From an uncultured Thermoanaerobaculia bacterium (GTDB lineage Bacteria; Acidobacteriota; Thermoanaerobaculia; Multivoradales; JAGPDF01): DNA of 64,000 nt. The notes under the pieces were generated by a model. That model was not told the DNA's origin, made no database searches, and worked only from the letters and a program-made list of their open reading frames with translations. Below, piece after piece: positions 39,998 through 48,760 of the stretch (positions are counted from its first letter, which is position 1; each line of letters opens with the position of its first letter). A program made the position numbers and the translations under genes. The stretch is taken from the NCBI GenBank assembly GCA_964590905.1, contig CAZPYU010000008.1, positions 13,935 through 77,934 of the forward strand. Direction: 5' to 3'.

Positions 39998-40027
39998 GGC
40001 TCGGCTGAACGAGCCGCTATGATAGCG
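39998..40027 (+). promoter_or_regulatory. inverted repeat GGCTCG-N6-CGAGCC followed by TATGAT -10-like element upstream of ssb
   Basis: Seen in sequence about 40-65 nt upstream of the ssb ATG; the repeat includes CTGAAC, resembling half of delta-proteobacterial-type LexA boxes (weak). Confidence 0.25.
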
Positions 40028-40065
40028 ATTCGCCCTGCAGGCGAACGCGGAGAGAGAGGACGGCG

Positions 40066-40494
40066 ATGGTCAACAAAGTGATCCTGGTAGGAAATCTGGG
40101 GCGCGATCCCGAGAGCCGCTCGCTGCCCAGCGGGCAGCCGGTGACCAACTTCTCGCTAGCCACCTCGCGGCGCTACAAAGACCGCGAGGGGAACCGCAAG
40201 GACGACACCGAGTGGCACAACATCGTCTGCTTCGGCAAGCAGGCCGAGATCGCCGCCCAGTACCTGACCAAAGGGAAGATGATCGCCGTCGAGGGGCGGA
40301 TCCAGACCCGGTCGTGGGACGACAAGGAGAGCGGCAAGAAGCAGTACCGCACCGAGATCGTCTGCGAGAACTTCCAGATGTTGGGCGGCCGCGGGGACAG
40401 CTCGGGTGGAGCTCGATCGGGAGCGCCGAGCAGCGATGCCGAGATCAGCTATCCCGGTCCGGAGCCGGCCGCCGATGACGACATCCCGTTCTGA
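40066..40494 (+). CDS. ssb: single-stranded DNA-binding protein
   Basis: OB-fold N-domain MVNKVILVGNLGRDPE..., Gly-rich linker and acidic C-terminal tail DDDIPF. Confidence 0.9.
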   Translation: MVNKVILVGNLGRDPESRSLPSGQPVTNFSLATSRRYKDREGNRKDDTEWHNIVCFGKQAEIAAQYLTKGKMIAVEGRIQTRSWDDKESGKKQYRTEIVCENFQMLGGRGDSSGGARSGAPSSDAEISYPGPEPAADDDIPF

Positions 40495-40503
40495 CGCGCG
40501 GGC

Positions 40504-41535
40504 TCATCTAGCGACAGCCGGTCGGTCGAGGGCGGCGAGCCGAGCGCGGATCGTGGCCAGCGAGGGCGGCACACCGGCGGCGCGGCGAACCGCTCGCAGC
40601 TGACGCCGCCAGCACACCAGTCGGTTCTCGGCTTGGCGCAGGCGAAGCTCGAGCCGCGGACGGCCTAGGCGCTCCGCGATATCGGGTGCCGCGTCGAGCT
40701 CGCGGCAGAAGAGCAGCCCGTCGCAGCCGGCGACGAGCGCGGCCTCCCCTCGCTCGGAGAGATCGCCGGTAGGGGCCAGCGCGCCCATCTCGAGATCGTC
40801 CGAAAGCGCGACGCCTCGGAAGCCGAGCTCGGTGCGCAGGAGGCCGGTGGCGATAGGCGGCGAGAGGCTCGCCGGTCGGCGCTGCGGATCGAGCGTCGGG
40901 TAGATCGCATGGCCAACCATCAGCGCCCCCGCCTCTCGCGCCAGGGCACGGAAAGGGGCGAGGTCGAGCTCGAGCTCTGCCGCCGCTAGCCCGATCTGTG
41001 ACGGCTCGAAGTGGGTGTCCGCGCCGGCGCCGCCCAGTCCGGGAAAGTGTTTGAGGCAGCCACCGACTCCGGCCGCGCGCAGCCCGCGCAGGAATGACTT
41101 TGCGCGGGAGACGACCACTCGCGGCGACGAGCCGAACGAGCGGCGTTCGAGTGCGTTGTCGGCCTGGCCGCGATCGAGATCGACTACCGGCGCGAAGTCG
41201 AGATCGAATCCGAAGTGGCGCAGCGCCTCTCCGATCCACCGTCCAGCCCGGCCGGCCGCGCTCGCGGCGCGGCCGGCGAGCGCGTGAGCCGCGGGAGCCG
41301 GACCGACAAGGTCGCGCAGGCGATCGACACGTCCCCCCTCGGCATCGAGCGCCAGGAGGAGGCCGGGAAGCAGGGAGCGCAGCTCGGCGACGAGCAACAG
41401 TAGCTGCTCGGCGTCGACGATGTTTCGCGGCAGGAGGACCACGCCGGCAGGAGCGACACGACGTACGATCCGCCGCTCCGCGGCGGAGAGGCTCGGCCCC
41501 CCGCAGCCGACGAACAGCACGGTCCCCCCTCTCAT
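40504..41535 (-). CDS. nagZ: beta-N-acetylhexosaminidase (glycoside hydrolase family 3, NagZ-like)
   Basis: GH3 N-terminal domain with KHFPGLGGAGADTHFE motif; 343 aa, no C-terminal beta-glucosidase domain. Confidence 0.8.
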   Translation of the reverse strand: MRGGTVLFVGCGGPSLSAAERRIVRRVAPAGVVLLPRNIVDAEQLLLLVAELRSLLPGLLLALDAEGGRVDRLRDLVGPAPAAHALAGRAASAAGRAGRWIGEALRHFGFDLDFAPVVDLDRGQADNALERRSFGSSPRVVVSRAKSFLRGLRAAGVGGCLKHFPGLGGAGADTHFEPSQIGLAAAELELDLAPFRALAREAGALMVGHAIYPTLDPQRRPASLSPPIATGLLRTELGFRGVALSDDLEMGALAPTGDLSERGEAALVAGCDGLLFCRELDAAPDIAERLGRPRLELRLRQAENRLVCWRRQLRAVRRAAGVPPSLATIRARLAALDRPAVAR

Positions 41536-44171
41536 TTCAGGCGATCTTGCAAGCTCGCGATGAGATTCAGCGCCGCGAGCGGCGTCAACCTATCGAGATC
41601 GACCTCGCGCAGCAGCTTCGCCACGATCTCCTCGGGAGGGGTGAAGAGCGGGAGCTGCGAGGGTCGCGCCGCCAGACCCGCTCCGCGGGCGTTGCGTGGC
41701 CGACCCTCGGGGTCGAACTCTTTGGCCTCCAAGTTGCCGAGCACCTCTTGGGCGCGGGCGATCACCGCCTCCGGAATGCCGGCCAGCCGCGCGACGTGCA
41801 GGCCGTACGACTTGTCGGCCGCGCCCGGCACGACTCGACGCAGGAAGACGATCTTCTCCTCCCACTCGCGTACCGCCATTGTCCGGTTGACCACCCTCGG
41901 CAGGAGCTCGGCGAGCTCGGTGAGCTCGTGGTAGTGGGTGGCGAAGAGCGTCATGGCGCCGACGCGCTCGTGCAGCGACTCGACGATCGACCAGGCTAGC
42001 GAGAGGCCGTCGAAGGTCGACGTACCCCGCCCGACCTCGTCGAGAATCACCAGGCTGCGGGGGGTGGCGAAGCGCAGGATATTGGCGGTCTCGATCATCT
42101 CGACCATGAAGGTCGACTCACCGCGCGCCAGGTCGTCGCTCGCGCCGACGCGCGAGAAGATCCGGTCGACCAACCCGATGGTCGCCGAGGCGGCGGGCAC
42201 GAAGCAGCCGGTCTGCGCCATCAGAGTGACGAGCGCCACCTGGCGAAGATAGGTCGACTTGCCGCCCATGTTGGGGCCGGTCAGGACGACGATCGTCTGC
42301 GTCTCCGCGTCGAGCTCGCAGTCGTTGGGCACGAAACGCTCGCCCAGCGCGCGTTCGACCACCGGATGCCGACCCTCCACGATCCGGATCCCGCTGCCGG
42401 CGGCCTCGATGTTCGGTCGGACGTAGCGCGAGGCGAGCGCGAGCTCGGCCCAACCGACGACGAGGTCGAGGGTGGCGATAGCGCGCGCCAGGCGTGCCAG
42501 ACCCGCCGCCTCGACAGCCACCGCTGAGCGCAGCTCTGCGAACAGCCGGCGCTCCAGCTCGCGCTCGCGCCCCTCGGCCTCGAGGATCCGCTCTGCGAGC
42601 GTTTCGATCTCGTCGGTAACGTAGCGCTCGGCGTTGATCAGAGTCTGCTTGCGCCGGTACTCGGTTGGGAGCGGCTCGGCTCGGGCCGCGCTCGCCCGCG
42701 AAATCTCGATCGAATAGCCGAAGACCCGGTTGTAGCGGATCTTGAGCGCAGCGATCCCGGTGCGCTCTCGCTCGCGCAGCTCGAGAGCCACCACGTGGCG
42801 CTTCGAATCGTGCACCAGCGAGCGCACCTCGTCGAGCTCGCGGTCGACTCCGGCGGCGATCGCTCCCCCCTCGTCGAGCTGCGCCGGCGGAGACGGCACC
42901 AGCTGCTCCGCCAGGCGTCGCGCCAAGGAGAGGAGTGGATCGGTGCTCGCCGCGTCGGCGAGAAGCTCGCTGGGCAGGTCGGCGATCGCATGGAAGAGCG
43001 TCGGCACCGCCGTCAGGCTGTCGCGCAGCACGGCGGCCTCGCGCGGCGAGAGCCCGCCGACGACCGCTCGGCCGGCGAGTCGCTCGAAGTCGCCGATCCG
43101 CTTCAGCTCCTGGCGAGCCGCTGTCCGCCGCGCCGGTTCCGCCATCAACGCCGCCACGGCGTCTTGCCGGACGGCGATGCCGGCGGCCGAGAGCAGCGGC
43201 CGACGGAGCCAATCGCGGAGCAGCCGCGCGCCGGCGGCAGTCACCGTGCGGTCCAGAAGCTCCACCAGAGTCCCGCTGCCCCCTCCATCGCGAGCGTTGC
43301 GAAAGACCTCCAGGTTGGCCAGTGTCGTACCGTCGACGACCATCTGATCGCCGAGCTCGCGCACCGCGAGGTCGCGCACGTGCGAGAGCTCGCTGAGCTG
43401 ATTCTCTTCGGCGTAGGCGAGCGCCACGGCGGCGGCCCGCACCGCTGGCTCACCCTCCACGAGGCCGAGTCCGCGGAGGGTTCCTAAACCGAGCCTCCTC
43501 CGCAGGCGCTCCGCGGCGGCGTTGGACGACTCTAGGCGGCTACCGTACGCGGTCTGGCAGAGCTCCTGCCGGCCGACCCACCCCGCCAGGCCAGGAGGCA
43601 GGCTAGCCAGATCGCAGAGGAGCTCCTTCGGCCGCAGCGCTTCGAGCTCGGTCACCGCTTCACTCTCGTCGGCGAAGCGGCGGACGAAGAACGTGCCGGT
43701 CGAGACGTCGAGAAACGCCGCCGCTCCACTCCCCCCAATTGGTCCTGGGGCACCGACCTTCTCCTCCCAGAGGAGAGCAGCGAGGAACGCCTCCTCCCGC
43801 TGCTCGAGTAAGCCAGGTTCGGAGAGCGTCCCCGGCGTCAGAATCCGAGTCACTTCACGGCGCACCAGCCCCTTGGCCTGGGCGGGGTCCTCGACCTGGT
43901 CGCAGAGCACGACCTTGTGCCCCGCGCGCAGCAGCCTTCGCGCGTAGCCCTCCACTGCGTGGTGCGGCACGCCGCACATCGGGGCTTCGCTGTCCGTGCC
44001 CTTCTGGCGCGCGGTGAGCGTGAGGCCGAGCAGGCCCGCCGCCCGCACGGCATCTTCGAAAAAGAGCTCGAAGAAGTCGCCCATCCGGTAGAAGAGGAAA
44101 CCATCCGGGTGACGCGCTTTGAGCTCCAGATAGTGCCGGAGCATCGGCGTCAGCTCGGTTACTGCGGGCAC
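41532..44171 (-). CDS. mutS: DNA mismatch repair protein MutS
   Basis: N-terminus TPMLRHYLELKARHPDGFLFYRMGDFFELF, Walker A GPNMGGKST, C-terminal HTH; start GTG 44171 (or ATG 44144). Confidence 0.9.
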   Translation of the reverse strand: MPAVTELTPMLRHYLELKARHPDGFLFYRMGDFFELFFEDAVRAAGLLGLTLTARQKGTDSEAPMCGVPHHAVEGYARRLLRAGHKVVLCDQVEDPAQAKGLVRREVTRILTPGTLSEPGLLEQREEAFLAALLWEEKVGAPGPIGGSGAAAFLDVSTGTFFVRRFADESEAVTELEALRPKELLCDLASLPPGLAGWVGRQELCQTAYGSRLESSNAAAERLRRRLGLGTLRGLGLVEGEPAVRAAAVALAYAEENQLSELSHVRDLAVRELGDQMVVDGTTLANLEVFRNARDGGGSGTLVELLDRTVTAAGARLLRDWLRRPLLSAAGIAVRQDAVAALMAEPARRTAARQELKRIGDFERLAGRAVVGGLSPREAAVLRDSLTAVPTLFHAIADLPSELLADAASTDPLLSLARRLAEQLVPSPPAQLDEGGAIAAGVDRELDEVRSLVHDSKRHVVALELRERERTGIAALKIRYNRVFGYSIEISRASAARAEPLPTEYRRKQTLINAERYVTDEIETLAERILEAEGRERELERRLFAELRSAVAVEAAGLARLARAIATLDLVVGWAELALASRYVRPNIEAAGSGIRIVEGRHPVVERALGERFVPNDCELDAETQTIVVLTGPNMGGKSTYLRQVALVTLMAQTGCFVPAASATIGLVDRIFSRVGASDDLARGESTFMVEMIETANILRFATPRSLVILDEVGRGTSTFDGLSLAWSIVESLHERVGAMTLFATHYHELTELAELLPRVVNRTMAVREWEEKIVFLRRVVPGAADKSYGLHVARLAGIPEAVIARAQEVLGNLEAKEFDPEGRPRNARGAGLAARPSQLPLFTPPEEIVAKLLREVDLDRLTPLAALNLIASLQDRLK

Positions 44172-44213
44172 GGTTCGGAAGTTTATCCCGGCGTCGTCGG
44201 TAGACTCAGCGAC

Positions 44214-44873
44214 CTGAGAGTCTCGAGACCGATCCTCGCGTTCGACTACGGCTCCCCCGTCGCGAGCGCGGCTCTGGCGCACGATGGCCAGCCCGTCGCC
44301 GCGTCGAGTCGGGCGCGAGGAGACGGCGCAGCCGATCTCCTCGTACTGATCGACGAGCTGCTGGCCGAGCAAGCCATCGCGCCTGTCGAGCTCGGCGGGG
44401 TGATCGCCCTCTACGGCCCGGGCAGTTTCACCGGCCTCCGGGTCGCCTGCGCCACAGCGATCGGGCTCGCCCAGGCGTGCGCCGTGCCGGCGACCGGCGT
44501 TTCGACTCTGGAGGCGCTCGCGTTAGCAGCGCCCGCGGGCGAGCGCCCTCTCCTCGCCGTCGTCGACGCGCTTCGCGGGGAGTGGTTCGTGCAGGCGTTC
44601 GCAAGGCGGGGCGACTACGACGCCATCCCGCTCGCTCCAGCCGCGGTGGCGAGAGCCGGGCCGGAGGCTCTCGGCCTGTGCGAGCTGGTCATCGGCTTCG
44701 GCGCCGCCCGCTTCGTCGCATCCGCCGGGCATCCAGCCGCCTCGTTCGTAGACAACCCATGCCTTGCCGAGGCGGTCGCCGTCGCGGGGTCGCTCGGAAG
44801 GTGGGCTTGGGACAGCGCCTCGCTCGAGCATCCGCTCTACCTACGAGCCCCGGCCACCTCGGTCGCGAGATGA
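44214..44873 (+). CDS. tsaB: tRNA threonylcarbamoyladenosine biosynthesis protein TsaB
   Basis: ILAFDYGSPVASAAL... YeaZ/TsaB N-terminus; followed by rimI with ATGA overlap; start codon unresolved (see findings). Confidence 0.7.
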   Translation: MRVSRPILAFDYGSPVASAALAHDGQPVAASSRARGDGAADLLVLIDELLAEQAIAPVELGGVIALYGPGSFTGLRVACATAIGLAQACAVPATGVSTLEALALAAPAGERPLLAVVDALRGEWFVQAFARRGDYDAIPLAPAAVARAGPEALGLCELVIGFGAARFVASAGHPAASFVDNPCLAEAVAVAGSLGRWAWDSASLEHPLYLRAPATSVAR

Positions 44874-45355
44874 GCGCAACCGCGGGCGAATCGAGCCGCT
44901 GGGTCGAGGTTCGCGTCGCCCGGGACGACGAGATCGAGCTCCTGGCCGAGATCGAAGCGCGAGCCTTTCCAGATCCCTGGACGAGCGACGATCTCGCCCC
45001 CCTCGTCGCGGCCGGAGCCGCTAGCGGCTTTCTGGCCGCAGATCGAGGGACCGGCGAGACGATCGGCTTCGCGCTCTACCAGCTTCTGCCCGACGAAGCG
45101 GAGCTGCTACGGATCGGGGTCGTCCCCGAGCTGCGGAGCCGCGGTGTCGGTGCGCTCCTGCTCGAGCGCTCACTCTTCCAGCTCGCTGCCGCCGGGCGTC
45201 CCGTCTGCCACCTCGAGGTACGAGCCGCGAACCTCGCGGCGCGCGCCCTCTACGCTCGGGCCGGCTTCACTCTCGTCGGGCGCCGGCGTGGCTACTACTC
45301 GGACGGTGAGGATGCGCTCCGCTATCGTCGCGAAACCGTGTCGGGTGGCGGTTGA
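44870..45355 (+). CDS. rimI: ribosomal-protein-alanine N-acetyltransferase
   Basis: GNAT fold, motif A RSRGVGALLLE; conserved tsaB-rimI pairing. Confidence 0.75.
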   Translation: MSATAGESSRWVEVRVARDDEIELLAEIEARAFPDPWTSDDLAPLVAAGAASGFLAADRGTGETIGFALYQLLPDEAELLRIGVVPELRSRGVGALLLERSLFQLAAAGRPVCHLEVRAANLAARALYARAGFTLVGRRRGYYSDGEDALRYRRETVSGGG

Positions 45356-45450
45356 GGGCCCCCAATCAGGGTGAGGACACAGGCCTTCCGGCCGGTGCTA
45401 TCCTGCCCGCCGATTCTTCCCTTCCCAAGCCGGCGATAGGAGCTCCAGCC

Positions 45451-45681
45451 ATGCCGAGTCTCGACGACCAGAAGCGCGACTTGCTGCGGAACCACGACAC
45501 GTTCCGGCGTCTCCACGACGAGCACCAGGAGTGCGAGACCAGGCTCGCTCACCTGCTGCAGCAGTCGCTCCCTTCCCCGGAGGAAGAGGTCGAGGAGAAA
45601 CGGCTCAAGATTCACAAATTGGCGTTGAAAGATCAGATGGAATCGATCTTGCGCGAACAACGAACCGCCGTCTCGGCCTAG
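45451..45681 (+). CDS. DUF465 (YdcH-like) family protein
   Basis: 76 aa from MPSLDDQKRDLLRNHDTFRRLHDEHQECETRLAHL...; AGGAG Shine-Dalgarno 7 nt upstream. Confidence 0.6.
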   Translation: MPSLDDQKRDLLRNHDTFRRLHDEHQECETRLAHLLQQSLPSPEEEVEEKRLKIHKLALKDQMESILREQRTAVSA

Positions 45682-45703
45682 GGCGAGACGGCGACTCTCC
45701 GCG

Positions 45704-46342
45704 ATGACCTTCGCCAAGGAGGCTTGGCCGTTCGTCGCCCCATTCCTCCTCGGAGCCGTCGTTCTCTTCGTTGCCAGCCTCCTGCTCTGGGGTGCGATCG
45801 CTCTCGCCCTTGGCCTGCTAGTTCTACTCTTCTTTCGTGATCCACGGCGCCGCCCGCCGGACGACGGCGAGCTCGTGCTGGCGCCAGCCGACGGCCGGGT
45901 CACCGAGATCGCGACCGTCGAGGACGGCGAGATCGGCACCGGCAGGTTTCATCGCGTCGTAACCTTTCTCTCGGTGTTCGACGTCCACGTGCAGCGCTGC
46001 CCTGTCTCCGGCGAGGTCATCCACTCGCGGCTGCGGCGCGGTCTCAAGCTCGCCGCTTTCCGCGCCGAGGTGGGAGAGAAGAACGAAGGCCACACCAACG
46101 TCTTCTTACGACCCAACGGCGACCGGGTCGGAGTTCGGCAGCTCGCCGGGCTCTTGGCGCGGCGAGTCGTCTCGTATGTGCGTGCCGGCGAGCGCTACCA
46201 GCGCGGGGAGCGACTCGGCGTGATCAAGTTCGGTTCTCGGGTCGATCTCTTCGTGCCCGAGCACTACAGCCTGCTCGTCCGAGTCGGCGATCGGGTGAAG
46301 AACGGCTGCACGCCGCTGGCTCGCCCCGAGAGCTCGCCGTGA
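45704..46342 (+). CDS. psd: phosphatidylserine decarboxylase-related proenzyme (short form)
   Basis: N-terminal TM segments and C-terminal FGSRVD self-cleavage motif (GS[RT] type). Confidence 0.7.
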   Translation: MTFAKEAWPFVAPFLLGAVVLFVASLLLWGAIALALGLLVLLFFRDPRRRPPDDGELVLAPADGRVTEIATVEDGEIGTGRFHRVVTFLSVFDVHVQRCPVSGEVIHSRLRRGLKLAAFRAEVGEKNEGHTNVFLRPNGDRVGVRQLAGLLARRVVSYVRAGERYQRGERLGVIKFGSRVDLFVPEHYSLLVRVGDRVKNGCTPLARPESSP

Positions 46343-47076
46343 GTGCTTCGGCGCAGCACCCGATGCGCGCCCGCCTGCGTCGCGGGGCCTACCTGCTGCC
46401 CAGCCTGTTCACGATCGGCAACATCTTTCTCGGCTTCTACGCCGTGATTCTGGCGCTACGGCAGCGCTTCGTGCTCGCCGGCGCGCTGATCATTCTCGCC
46501 GGGGTGATCGACTTTCTGGATGGCAAGATCGCCCGGTTGACCGGGACCGAGAGCGAGTTCGGTCGCGAGTTCGACTCGCTGGCCGACGTCCTCACCTTCG
46601 GGATGGCGCCGGCCCTCGCGGCCTGGGCTTGGGGGCTCCAGGAATACGAGCGCGCCGGTTGGCTAGTGCCGCTCTTCTACGTCGTTTGCACCGCGTTGCG
46701 GTTGGCCCGTTTCAACGTGCAGACGGCGCGGCAGGACACGCGCTGGTTTATCGGCCTGCCCTCGCCGGCCGCAGCCGGCGCTGTCGCATCGTTCTTCTTG
46801 GTCGGAATCGAGCCTGACTGGCGCCCCTGGCTCCTCCGCGCCATGGGCTGCTGGCTGGTTGGGCTCGGGCTGCTCATGGTCTCGACCTTTCGCTTTTCGA
46901 GCCTCAAGGCGCTCGACTTTCGCCAGCGCCGTAGCTACCGCTCAGCGCTCCCGTTCGTCGTAGTTCTCCTGCTCCTGGCCTTCTGGCCCGAGCTTTTCCT
47001 GCCCGGCTTCGCAGTGGCCTACGCGCTCTCGGGTCCGATCGCCTGGCTTCTCGGAAGACGGCGCGGCGGTTCGTGA
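46339..47076 (+). CDS. pssA: CDP-diacylglycerol--serine O-phosphatidyltransferase
   Basis: CDP-alcohol phosphatidyltransferase motif DFLDGKIARLTGTESEFGREFDSLAD; multi-TM; ATGA overlap with psd. Confidence 0.85.
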   Translation: MSASAQHPMRARLRRGAYLLPSLFTIGNIFLGFYAVILALRQRFVLAGALIILAGVIDFLDGKIARLTGTESEFGREFDSLADVLTFGMAPALAAWAWGLQEYERAGWLVPLFYVVCTALRLARFNVQTARQDTRWFIGLPSPAAAGAVASFFLVGIEPDWRPWLLRAMGCWLVGLGLLMVSTFRFSSLKALDFRQRRSYRSALPFVVVLLLLAFWPELFLPGFAVAYALSGPIAWLLGRRRGGS

Positions 47077-48032
47077 ACCGGATTGCTGTCGTTCACCCGA
47101 GCACGCTCCTCGGCCGGGAGCTGTGCGAACGGTTGGCGGCACGGCACGACCTCTGTCGCGAGCTCTTGCCGCTCTCGACCGAGGAGGCGGAGATCGGCGT
47201 CGTGATCGACGGCCCCGCGGCGGCTCTTGTCGACCGCGTCGAAGAGGGCGCCTTCGACGGGGTCGATCTCTCCTTCTTCTGCGGAGCGATCGCGCCTGAC
47301 CGCGAAGCGCTGGCCCTCCTTCCCGCGCAGACGCCGGCAGTTCTTCTCTCGAATGGAGTCACGCCCGCCGACGCACCGTCCGCGATCGCCGGATTGCGCT
47401 CCGAAGCGTTGGTCGGTGCTCCGCGCGTGGCCTCGGCGCATCCGGCCGCAGTGGCTCTGGCGCTCCTGCTCGACCCGCTACGAGAGCTAGCGCTCTCGCG
47501 AGCCGATGCGACCCTGATGCTACCGGTCTCGCTGTGGGGAACCGCCGCGATCGACGAGCTCTTCGGCGAGGCGCGCTCCCTCCTGACCTTCGCGCCACGC
47601 GAGAGGGGGCGACGATTCCCGGTTCAGCTCGCCTTCAATCTGTTGAGCTCGGCGCAGAGCGCCGCCGACGTCGAACGGCAGGTGCTCGCCGCGCTCGGCG
47701 ATGGCCTGGCGCTCTCCGTCGGGCTCGTCCAGGCCGGCGTCTTCCACAGCGTGGCGGTGACCCTCGCAGTCGAGCTCGATCCGAAAGTCGAGCTTCGAGA
47801 GGTGCGCCGCGCGCTCGCCGGCTCGGCGGCGATCGAGGTTGCCCGCGCCGCGAAAGAGGTTGGGCCGGTCTCCGTCGCGGGCGCCGAGCGGCTCGTCGTC
47901 GGAGAGATTCGCGCCGCGGCGCGAGCAGGAGCCTTCCGGATCTGGGCGGCGATGGACAATCTGGTGCGCGGCGGCGCCCTCAACGCCATCGAGCTGGCCG
48001 GCGCGATGCTCGCCGGTGGCCGACCCCGGTAG
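47073..48032 (+). CDS. aspartate-semialdehyde dehydrogenase-fold protein, apparently degenerate (Asd-like)
   Basis: MNRIAVV... N-terminus and C-terminal FRIWAAMDNLVRGGALNAIELA match Asd; dinucleotide-binding glycines replaced (VVHPSTLLG) and active-site Cys region replaced (SNGV / ASAHP). Confidence 0.6.
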   Translation: MNRIAVVHPSTLLGRELCERLAARHDLCRELLPLSTEEAEIGVVIDGPAAALVDRVEEGAFDGVDLSFFCGAIAPDREALALLPAQTPAVLLSNGVTPADAPSAIAGLRSEALVGAPRVASAHPAAVALALLLDPLRELALSRADATLMLPVSLWGTAAIDELFGEARSLLTFAPRERGRRFPVQLAFNLLSSAQSAADVERQVLAALGDGLALSVGLVQAGVFHSVAVTLAVELDPKVELREVRRALAGSAAIEVARAAKEVGPVSVAGAERLVVGEIRAAARAGAFRIWAAMDNLVRGGALNAIELAGAMLAGGRPR

Positions 48033-48036
48033 CGCG

Positions 48037-48600
48037 CTACTCGGCCCCCGCGCCGGCGCTCTCTCCTGGGGGCGCCAGGATCGGATTGCGCGCCAAGTAC
48101 TCCTCGACTAGGAGCAGGTTGTCGGCGGCGCGCCCGACCATCGCGAGTAGCCGATCCATGCTGTTGATCTCCTCGAGCTGTTCGTTCACGAACCAATCGA
48201 GGAAGCGCTGTGCGATGTGGTTCCGCTCCTCCCTGGCGATCTCGACCAGGGCGTAGATCTGTTCGGTTACCGTCCGTTCCCAATCGAGCGACAGGCGCAC
48301 CGCTTCGGAAGCCGAGTCGAAGCCGCTCCGCGGAGCCGCCACGGCGGGGATTTCGACCCGCCCGCCGACGTCGACGACGAAGCGCACGAACTTGAGCGCG
48401 TGCACGCGCTCCTCGCTCGACTGACGCTCGAAAAAAGCGGCGAGCTGCGGAAGATTCTCGGACTCGAAGTAAGCCGAGATCGAGGTGTACTGCAGAGAGG
48501 CGCCCATCTCGTTGCCGATCTGCTGATTGATCGCCGCCACCAGGCGATCGGAGGCCAGCGTCGCCGCTCGCTTCGTTGCCGCCTTCCGAGCTCTTGCCAT
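48037..48600 (-). CDS. ferritin (non-haem bacterial Ftn family)
   Basis: Ferritin-like diiron residues in INQQIGNEMGASLQYTSISAYF...EERVHALKF...FLDWFVNEQLEE. Confidence 0.85.
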   Translation of the reverse strand: MARARKAATKRAATLASDRLVAAINQQIGNEMGASLQYTSISAYFESENLPQLAAFFERQSSEERVHALKFVRFVVDVGGRVEIPAVAAPRSGFDSASEAVRLSLDWERTVTEQIYALVEIAREERNHIAQRFLDWFVNEQLEEINSMDRLLAMVGRAADNLLLVEEYLARNPILAPPGESAGAGAE

Positions 48601-48760
48601 CGCAGAATCTCCCTCGCTGCCGATTCTACGCGGTCGACCCTTTCCAGGAGCGGAATGTCGGGCGCCAGCCGGTTGTTATACTGCGCCCCGCTCCGAGGGC
48701 GGGCCGTCCGGTCGCGCCGCAGATCCGTAACAATCCTCGACGCGGGAGCCGACGCCGCTC

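Noticed and set aside
42118-43487. Several 150-360-aa ORFs in alternative frames within mutS
   Set aside because: All fall inside the continuous, homology-supported mutS reading frame. They are low-complexity Arg/Ala translations.
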